From Patescibacteria group bacterium (GTDB lineage Bacteria > Patescibacteriota > Microgenomatia > UBA8517), in NCBI GenBank assembly GCA_049324215.1, contig JBMOLC010000040.1:1-31453 (forward strand): a stretch of DNA of 31,453 bases, read 5' to 3'. Below, in pieces: positions 25,173-31,453 of this stretch. The notes under the pieces are model-generated. The model was not told where the DNA came from. It did no database searches and was given only the letters and a program-made list of their open reading frames with translations. A program made the position numbers and the translations under genes. The stretch's first letter is position 1. Each line of letters starts with the position of its first letter.

Positions 25173-26256
25173 GGACTCCCCTTGAGATACTTAAAAGTAT
25201 ACCGCAAGCAACTAGAACCATGGTCAGGGCACTGCCTCCGTAAGAAAAAAATGGCAAAGGGACACCCGTTAAGGGCACGAGGGCGACCATGGAGGCGATG
25301 TTGAGAAAAGTCTGACCCCCGATCCAGGTAGCAATGCCAATAGTTAGAACCTGCGCGAATCTATCCGAGACCGAGAAAGCAATTTTGAGGGCGCGGAGGA
25401 TAAAAAAGACGAAAAGACAGATCAATAAAAATGCTCCGATAAAACCTATTTCTTCGGCGATAATGGCAAAGATGGAATCGGTAGCTGCCTCCGGCAAAAA
25501 AAGAAATTTCTGACGCGACTGGCCTAGCCCGACACCAAAAAGCCCCCCCGAACCCAAAGCCAGAAGAATTTGCCGGAGATGGTAATCGCGGCCCAAGGGA
25601 TCCTCCTGCTGGGCCAAAAAGGTCAGCAGTCGATTTCGTCTGTAATCCGAGGTCACAATCGCCAGAAAGCCGATGCCTATTCCCACCAGTCCACCCATCA
25701 GGATGTAGACAAGGTTTAGTCCGGAAACAAAAATCTGCGCAAACCCGATGGCCAAAATCACCAGAGTCGTACCCAAATCAGGTTGAAGCATGACCAGAGC
25801 TGCCACTACCCCTAACGGGAGAAAAAAAGAAAAAGGGCCTTTAGATTTGGCAGCTACCTTGGCCAGATAGACGGCCAGGGCTAACTTGACAAACTCTGAA
25901 GGCTGGATCGAAATGGGGCCAAGAATTAACCAGCGACGGGCGCCCAAAAACTTGGTTCCAACCCCGGGCACAAGGACCAGAAGAAGTAGGACCAGGCTGG
26001 CTACAAAAAGGGGTGTGGCTATTTTTTGCCAAAAGACGGGGCTAACTCTGGCGACAATAAACATTAAAACTATTCCCAATAAGCCCCAGACTGCCTGCTG
26101 TTTGACAAAATAAAACTTGTCTTGAAATAAATTTAGCGCCTGGGGAGCCGAGGCATCTGCCACCGCAATTAGCCCCAAAGAAGTCAGAACAAAAACTACA
26201 TACAGAAGTTTTCTGTCAATGGTTTTACTCTGCTTTTTAAGCTTAATTCTACCCAC
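25159..26256 (-). CDS. ftsW: SEDS family peptidoglycan polymerase FtsW
   Basis: GARRW, QPSEFVK, QPDLGT, LPEAATDSIFAII.EE.G, P.TGVPLPFFSYGGS. Start set at GTG 26256 just after the mraY stop. Confidence 0.95.
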   Translation of the reverse strand: MGRIKLKKQSKTIDRKLLYVVFVLTSLGLIAVADASAPQALNLFQDKFYFVKQQAVWGLLGIVLMFIVARVSPVFWQKIATPLFVASLVLLLLVLVPGVGTKFLGARRWLILGPISIQPSEFVKLALAVYLAKVAAKSKGPFSFFLPLGVVAALVMLQPDLGTTLVILAIGFAQIFVSGLNLVYILMGGLVGIGIGFLAIVTSDYRRNRLLTFLAQQEDPLGRDYHLRQILLALGSGGLFGVGLGQSRQKFLFLPEAATDSIFAIIAEEIGFIGAFLLICLFVFFILRALKIAFSVSDRFAQVLTIGIATWIGGQTFLNIASMVALVPLTGVPLPFFSYGGSALTMVLVACGILLSISRGVHEKK

Positions 26257-26257
26257 A

Positions 26258-27313
26258 TTAGATTGTAGCCAGCCAAAGACCAAAAATTGCAAGTATTATT
26301 CCCGCCAGCCAGGCTCGGGTGACTATTTTGGGTTCCTCCCAACCAATCGCCAAAAGACCATGGTGAATGGGTGCGAGCGGGAAAATTGGCCTTTTTAATA
26401 TCCTCCAGCCGAGAATCTGGATAGCGGAAGAAACGACCTCGATCACAAAAATCCCGCCGATAACCACCAGGGCCACAATGCTCCCGGTTAAAAGCCCGAT
26501 CACGGCGAGCATTGCCCCAAACGATAAAGCACCAGCGTCTCCCAAAAAAATTCTGGCTGGGTAGACATTGAAATAGAGAAAAGAAATTATCGCGCCGAGC
26601 CACAAAGCAATAAAAATCGAAAGGGGAGTATCAAGACTCCCGGCGGCAATGACGCCGAAGGCGAGAAGACAAATCATGAGAAGTCCAGAGGCTAAGCCAT
26701 CAAGACCGTCGGTAATATTAAACGCGTTGGCAAATGAAACGATGACAAAAGCGGCGAAAGGGATATACCAATTGCCGAGGTTGACGGTCAAACCAATAAG
26801 GGGAATATGGAGAATATAGAGATTTAAGTTGGTCTTAATTAGATAAGCGATAACAAAAGCCAAAACCCATTGGAGAATAAACTTTTGCCCCCTAGCCAGG
26901 CCAAAAGCCAGACCGATTACTCCTCGGGTGGGTCGACCGAAGATTTTTATCAAATCGTCGAATAGTCCCAGGAGTGCAAAAGAAAGAAAAGTAAAAAAGA
27001 TGATAAAGAGTTCTTTTTTGAGACTATAAGCCGACTCGATGAATACGCCGGCGTAGCTGGCTATAGGGAAAAGAATGGCAAATAGAATTGAAACGATGAG
27101 AATTACCAATATTCCCCCACCCACCGGCGTTCCCGCTTTAATATCGTGCAGCCGATCAAAAAGCGGGACCTTGCCGGACCTTGGAGCTTCTTTTCTGCGG
27201 GTTATTCTCAACTTGTAAAGAAGGTCGATGAAGGGAACGACGAAAATACTGGTAATCAAGAAGGAAAAAATGATTAGACCCAAGGCCAAGGGCAGTAAAT
27301 TTGGCGTACCCAT
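26258..27313 (-). CDS. mraY: Phospho-N-acetylmuramoyl-pentapeptide transferase
   Basis: K.GTP.GGG, LGLFDD, NAFNITDGLDGLA, FNVYPARIFLGDAG, APIHH. Confidence 0.96.
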   Translation of the reverse strand: MGTPNLLPLALGLIIFSFLITSIFVVPFIDLLYKLRITRRKEAPRSGKVPLFDRLHDIKAGTPVGGGILVILIVSILFAILFPIASYAGVFIESAYSLKKELFIIFFTFLSFALLGLFDDLIKIFGRPTRGVIGLAFGLARGQKFILQWVLAFVIAYLIKTNLNLYILHIPLIGLTVNLGNWYIPFAAFVIVSFANAFNITDGLDGLASGLLMICLLAFGVIAAGSLDTPLSIFIALWLGAIISFLYFNVYPARIFLGDAGALSFGAMLAVIGLLTGSIVALVVIGGIFVIEVVSSAIQILGWRILKRPIFPLAPIHHGLLAIGWEEPKIVTRAWLAGIILAIFGLWLATI

Positions 27314-27323
27314 ACTTATCCTG

Positions 27324-27329
27324 ATTATA
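27324..27329 (-). promoter_or_regulatory. -10 box upstream of mraY
   Basis: TATAAT 10 nt before ATG 27313. Confidence 0.5.
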
Positions 27330-27345
27330 GCGAAATGCAGGCCGA

Positions 27346-28374
27346 CTATAAACGCCTAAAAATTCTGCGCAGAGTTTCAAATATGTAAGTAAGCCAATAT
27401 TTCCAGGAAATCGGCAAATCGTGTGCATGAAGCCAATCAACCCGTTCCCCACCGAAACCTTTTTTAAAAAGAGTCACTCCTGCAAATCTGTGGCGTGGGC
27501 TATCGGTGGGAGCAATTCCCCAAAAGTTATAATAACGACATCCTCTTTTTTTTGCCGTTTCGATGATACGCCACTGCAGAACACAAGAAAAGGGGATGAC
27601 CGGGTAAGCGCTGGTTGATGCACTGTGGTGATAGTAGGCGTATTTTCCATAAAAAATGATAATTGCGCTAGCTAAGTATCGCGAACCCTTTCTACAAAGA
27701 AAATTTTCAGCTTGCCCGTCTTTACCGAAGGTTTCAAGCTGGGCTCTAAAAAGCTTTTCTGGAAACCCGACAAATTTATGTCTCTTAACGGTTTCTTTTT
27801 GTAGTTTTGCTAAAATCCTTGCCGACTCCGGGTCCTTGGTTGACTCTACAACCAATTTCATTCCCAAACCTTTGCGGATAAGGTATCTCGTTGTCTTCCG
27901 CATTCCAGCCAGAAGCACCCCGTCTTCCGGAGAAATATCCAAAACCCATGTATTCTCAGCATGAAGGTGCATCGGGGACGAAATAAAACCCAAATTCGAC
28001 AAAAGCTCTCTATTTTTTGGTTTGTCTAGCAGTTCGGGTCGAATTCTAATAAACCAAACCCTTTCTTGTTTACCAAGAATTTTTATCGACTTTACAAAGT
28101 AATTTATTACTCTTCTGTCATCCCAATTGATAATCGGTCCCGCAGGAATCAATAAGTGTGGGCCTCTTTTTGCCTCTTCTTTTATTGCGAGGTATATTCC
28201 CTCTAGAACCGATGTTTGTTTATTGTAAATTCCCACTCGAAAAATTTTCCTTCCCATCAATCGGTTGGTTTCTCCCCAATTCCAAGATTGGAGAAAGGAC
28301 TGTGGGTTTCGCGACAAGAGAAAATCTTCCCAAATTTTCTTGTCTGTAACTATCTTTTCCTCAAAGTCTCCCAT
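27346..28374 (-). CDS. FemAB/FemX-family peptidoglycan bridge aminoacyltransferase
   Basis: FLQSWNWG, GPI, MRKTTRYLIRK, YYHHSAS, LQWRII..AKKRGCRYYNFWGI, GVTLFKKGFGG. Confidence 0.88.
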   Translation of the reverse strand: MGDFEEKIVTDKKIWEDFLLSRNPQSFLQSWNWGETNRLMGRKIFRVGIYNKQTSVLEGIYLAIKEEAKRGPHLLIPAGPIINWDDRRVINYFVKSIKILGKQERVWFIRIRPELLDKPKNRELLSNLGFISSPMHLHAENTWVLDISPEDGVLLAGMRKTTRYLIRKGLGMKLVVESTKDPESARILAKLQKETVKRHKFVGFPEKLFRAQLETFGKDGQAENFLCRKGSRYLASAIIIFYGKYAYYHHSASTSAYPVIPFSCVLQWRIIETAKKRGCRYYNFWGIAPTDSPRHRFAGVTLFKKGFGGERVDWLHAHDLPISWKYWLTYIFETLRRIFRRL

Positions 28375-29594
28375 TCTTTTAATAAAAAAATTACATCCTG
28401 GGCTTCTTTTTCGGATAGGGCTGGATAGGTAGGCAAGTTTAAAATCATTTCCGAATATTCCTCTGCGTTAGGGCAAGATCCTTTTGTGTAAAAGACTTTT
28501 TTCAGATTTTTACAAGGAGGAATAATCCCTTTATACCAATCACCCAGAAGTATCCCTTCATTTTTTGCATACAAAAAGATTTCTTTCGAATTAGGATGTC
28601 TAACAGGAAATCTCAACCATAACGATCTAGGCTCTTCTGAAGGCAAGACAAAATCTAAATTTCTAAGCTCTTTTAAATATAGGGAGGCTATTTTTTGTCG
28701 ATGCTTGTTGTATTTTTCTAATTTCTTCAACTGATTCAGGGCGAGCAACGCTAAACCTCCAGGAAATTTTAGAGGAAAAAACTGGGGTTGCTGACCAATT
28801 TTTTCTTTTTTATAAACCGCTTTAGAAAGTAAACCCGCTCTTTGCAACAAATATAAAAATATTTTACCCAGAACTAAGTTGTAGGTAGGGAGAATTAAGC
28901 TCATGGCAACGGGGTGAAATAACTGTTGGAATATCCAAAATGCTGAGGGCTCTGCAATCTTAGCAACTATCCTTTTAATACGCCTATAATCTACTTCATT
29001 CGAACAAAGTATAACTCCGCCAAAAATTGACGACAAAATCTTATCTCTCCCAAAGCTAAAGAAAGAGATGTCTCCAAAAGTTCCCGCCTTCCAGCCATTC
29101 ACACTAAGTCCTAGAGCGTGTGCGCAATCCTCAATTAATGTAAGACCGCTCTTCTTGGCAATCTGCTTTATTGCGTTGACATTTGCGGCAATACCAAATG
29201 TATGTTGGATAATAACAGCTTTCGTTTGTCGCCCCAGCTTTCTTTTGAGATCGCGGGGGTCTAAATTATAGGAATCGTCGATATCGATGTATTTTGGTCT
29301 AGCCCCTGTCCAAATGACGGAATTCGGTACTGCAACGCAGGTAAAAGCTTGAATTGCTACCTCATCGCCCTTTCCCACCCCTAAAGCTTTAAGAATAAGG
29401 TACAAAGCACTCCTCCCACTATTAAGAGCAATAGCCCTATATCTTGCCCCAAACTTAGCCGCGAATTCTTTCTCGAATAGTTTTACATATTCACTGTTTC
29501 TCCACCGCCAAGGTGAAAAAAGTAACTTCCATGCCAATCGAATATCGTCTTTTTCAGTATTGGGGGAAAGAGAAATAGCGATGGGCCTACGCAT
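28350..29594 (-). CDS. DegT/DnrJ/EryC1/StrS family PLP-dependent aminotransferase
   Basis: NSGRSAL, FTCVAVPNSV, QHTFG, IEDCAH, SFGRDK (PLP Lys) followed by GG, LNLPTYP. ATG 29594 preferred over TTG 29609. Confidence 0.9.
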   Translation of the reverse strand: MRRPIAISLSPNTEKDDIRLAWKLLFSPWRWRNSEYVKLFEKEFAAKFGARYRAIALNSGRSALYLILKALGVGKGDEVAIQAFTCVAVPNSVIWTGARPKYIDIDDSYNLDPRDLKRKLGRQTKAVIIQHTFGIAANVNAIKQIAKKSGLTLIEDCAHALGLSVNGWKAGTFGDISFFSFGRDKILSSIFGGVILCSNEVDYRRIKRIVAKIAEPSAFWIFQQLFHPVAMSLILPTYNLVLGKIFLYLLQRAGLLSKAVYKKEKIGQQPQFFPLKFPGGLALLALNQLKKLEKYNKHRQKIASLYLKELRNLDFVLPSEEPRSLWLRFPVRHPNSKEIFLYAKNEGILLGDWYKGIIPPCKNLKKVFYTKGSCPNAEEYSEMILNLPTYPALSEKEAQDVIFLLKEWETLRKR

Positions 29595-31188
29595 TTTTAT
29601 TTTTTTCAATTAGTTCATTTATAAGGCTGGGTATTTTACCTTCCAAGAGTAAAACCGCTCTTTTTTCAAGAACTTCCTCTATTCTTTTTATCGCTTGCCC
29701 AGGGTTATTAATAACGGAAATCTGCAAATCTTTCTGTTTTCCCAGCCCCGCCAGAATATCTTCATAGGGATCCTCATCTAAGAGGATGATTTCATCAACT
29801 CTTTTTGACATCAGCTTGCCAAGGTCTCTATGTATTCTGCTAGAATCTCTGCCCAGTTCTATTACTCCTGCGGTAACAATTACTTTTATTCTATCTTTAA
29901 AGAAATCAAGATACTTCACTGCCGCTGCAAAACTCTTGGGAGAAGCATTAAAACTATCGTCTATGATGATTGCTCCCTTTACATTTGAAATCTCCATTCT
30001 TTTTTCAATTCGGGGAAGATTTTTGCATCCCTCTTTTATCTCTTTCCAAGAAATATTAAATTGTCTGGCAATCATGATAGCTGCTGTCAAGTTCTCAACA
30101 AAATGTTCTCCCAAAAGGGGAGTGATAATTTTATATTTTGATTCTCCATCATCGATTATAAAATGGATCTCTCCGGCCCGCGATGAAACTATTTTAGAGA
30201 CGAATATATCTTTCTCTGCTTGGCCATAAACATTGTATCCCATTAGCCTTAGTCTCCCCGAACGCATTTTGGCTTTGTCATAGAGTTTTCGACAGTAAAC
30301 GTTAGAAAGATTGAAAACCGCAATCCCCGTTGGAGGTAATGCCTCTATTAGTTCAAACTTTGTGTCCAGTATATTCTGCAATGAACCAAATAAAGAAATA
30401 TGCTGCGGCTCGATGCCTGTTAGCACACCTATATCTGGATTAACAATTTCTGCCAATGATTTTATTTCACCTTTCCTATAAGCTCCCATCTCAACGACGA
30501 AAAAGTCCGTATCTTCAGGAATTATTATGGCGGTCCTGGCGAGCGCAAATTCTGTATTTTGACTGCCCTCTGTCTTAGCCACGTTGAATCTTAAGGACAG
30601 GAGATGGGCGATAAATTCTTTGGTGCTTGTTTTACCATAACTACCAGTCACCCCTATCACAATCGGTTTTATTTTGAGCAGCCGCTGTCTTGCTTTCTTT
30701 ATTTCGGCAGCCCTAATATAGCGCGAAACTAAACTTGTCCATCCGACCCCAATAATAAAACCTAAAATGAGAGCCAACTCTGACAATAAAAACGCTTCCA
30801 AAAGACTTTGAAAATAAATAGTTCCTGTAAATATCCCAAATAAAACCAGAAACCAAGATGTTGAAAATATATTGATGGCTCTTTGGGTAAAAACTGGCTT
30901 TCTAAGTTGGCGCCTTAGGGCTTCTCTAAGAGAAGCAATGTCCGTAAAAACTAAGACTAATAAGGTAAGGGAGGGGATGGATAAGAACATAGCGATAAAT
31001 ATTGACAGGAGCTTAAGAAGGATAAAGTGTATGCCTAAATTTCTTCTCCCTGTTTTCGTAGAAAGAAAAACTTTAATTCTGTCTAGGCGATATTCCTTAA
31101 CTTGCCACCAATAAATCCATCCTAATAGCTGATGTATCGCCTGCGGCAGCCAAAGTAAACCAATAACTAATAGGTTTCTGTAAACCAT
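29587..31188 (-). CDS. murF: MurF-like Mur ligase with N-terminal transmembrane segments
   Basis: P-loop GVTGSYGKTSTKE, VEMGAY, PQHISLFG, ENLTAA, IIDDSFNASP, GVIELG; about 160 hydrophobic residues precede the catalytic core. Confidence 0.8.
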   Translation of the reverse strand: MVYRNLLVIGLLWLPQAIHQLLGWIYWWQVKEYRLDRIKVFLSTKTGRRNLGIHFILLKLLSIFIAMFLSIPSLTLLVLVFTDIASLREALRRQLRKPVFTQRAINIFSTSWFLVLFGIFTGTIYFQSLLEAFLLSELALILGFIIGVGWTSLVSRYIRAAEIKKARQRLLKIKPIVIGVTGSYGKTSTKEFIAHLLSLRFNVAKTEGSQNTEFALARTAIIIPEDTDFFVVEMGAYRKGEIKSLAEIVNPDIGVLTGIEPQHISLFGSLQNILDTKFELIEALPPTGIAVFNLSNVYCRKLYDKAKMRSGRLRLMGYNVYGQAEKDIFVSKIVSSRAGEIHFIIDDGESKYKIITPLLGEHFVENLTAAIMIARQFNISWKEIKEGCKNLPRIEKRMEISNVKGAIIIDDSFNASPKSFAAAVKYLDFFKDRIKVIVTAGVIELGRDSSRIHRDLGKLMSKRVDEIILLDEDPYEDILAGLGKQKDLQISVINNPGQAIKRIEEVLEKRAVLLLEGKIPSLINELIEKNKNA

Positions 31189-31453
31189 TTATCTATTTCC
31201 TGAGCAAGGGTAACCGGTCTGGTATAAGGAAGTTTGTGACCTTCCTCTTCAAAAAGAACGAGCTTCGCCTGTGGCTTCTCTCTCTTAATATAATAAGCAT
31301 CCGTACTAGGTGTCATTTTATCTTTCTTGCCCCAGAGAACCAAAACCGGAACCTTTATATATTTCACTAATAGTCTTAGGTCCTCTGATATCACGCTCCT
31401 AAATGTTTTCTTCATGGTTTCCTCTAACCTTTCATAATCATGCTCCCTGGACA
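31167..31453 (-). CDS. Alpha/beta hydrolase, C-terminal part, 5'-partial
   Basis: Frame stays open to the window edge (SREHDYERLEETMKKTF...); VLVLWGKKD..TP (Asp) and EEGHKLP (His). Confidence 0.8.
   Translation of the reverse strand, partial: SREHDYERLEETMKKTFRSVISEDLRLLVKYIKVPVLVLWGKKDKMTPSTDAYYIKREKPQAKLVLFEEEGHKLPYTRPVTLAQEIDKWFTETY

Noticed and set aside
1-31453. Whole-genome genetic code 25 (UGA=Gly)
   Set aside because: Long genes such as ileS have no in-frame TGA, and TGA ends adhesin A where its paralogue ends with TAA.
1-31453. CRISPR array, IS element, integrase, rRNA
   Set aside because: No regularly spaced repeats, terminal inverted repeats, recombinase motifs or rRNA-like sequence seen.

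Overview
Bacterial window, genetic code 11. Gene content and protein style suggest Patescibacteria/CPR, Microgenomates-like (inference). Right two thirds, minus strand: a reduced dcw cluster (alpha/beta hydrolase, membrane-anchored MurF-like ligase, DegT-family aminotransferase, FemAB-family transferase, mraY-ftsW-murG-ftsQ-ftsA-ftsZ), an accessory block (DUF3175-like, C39 peptidase-TPR, orphan, EVE-nuclease, large orphan nuclease-like protein), then ileS-rodA-rplU-rpmA-parB. Plus strand: a CBS-less IMPDH/GMPR-family gene and lepB. Left 9.3 kb: AT-rich, with two copies of a cassette (TMTC-like GT-C glycosyltransferase-TPR plus secreted PKD protein) around tRNA-Val(CAC) and a ferric-reductase-like gene. 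Signals not in the ORF track: (1) the EVE gene appears to start at 19153 and carries an in-frame TGA at codon 28; (2) a perfect 20-bp palindrome sits in frame inside ileS (LPAGRQ), with a 15/20 copy in the guaB leader; (3) the two PKD genes share a 284-nt identical tract; (4) -10 boxes lie 6-13 nt before many start codons, including the same 10-mer before three consecutive accessory genes; (5) IleRS has a permuted GVHH signature. No CRISPR array, integrase or transposase seen. Domain calls are motif recognition by eye; GC values are hand counts on single 60-nt lines.
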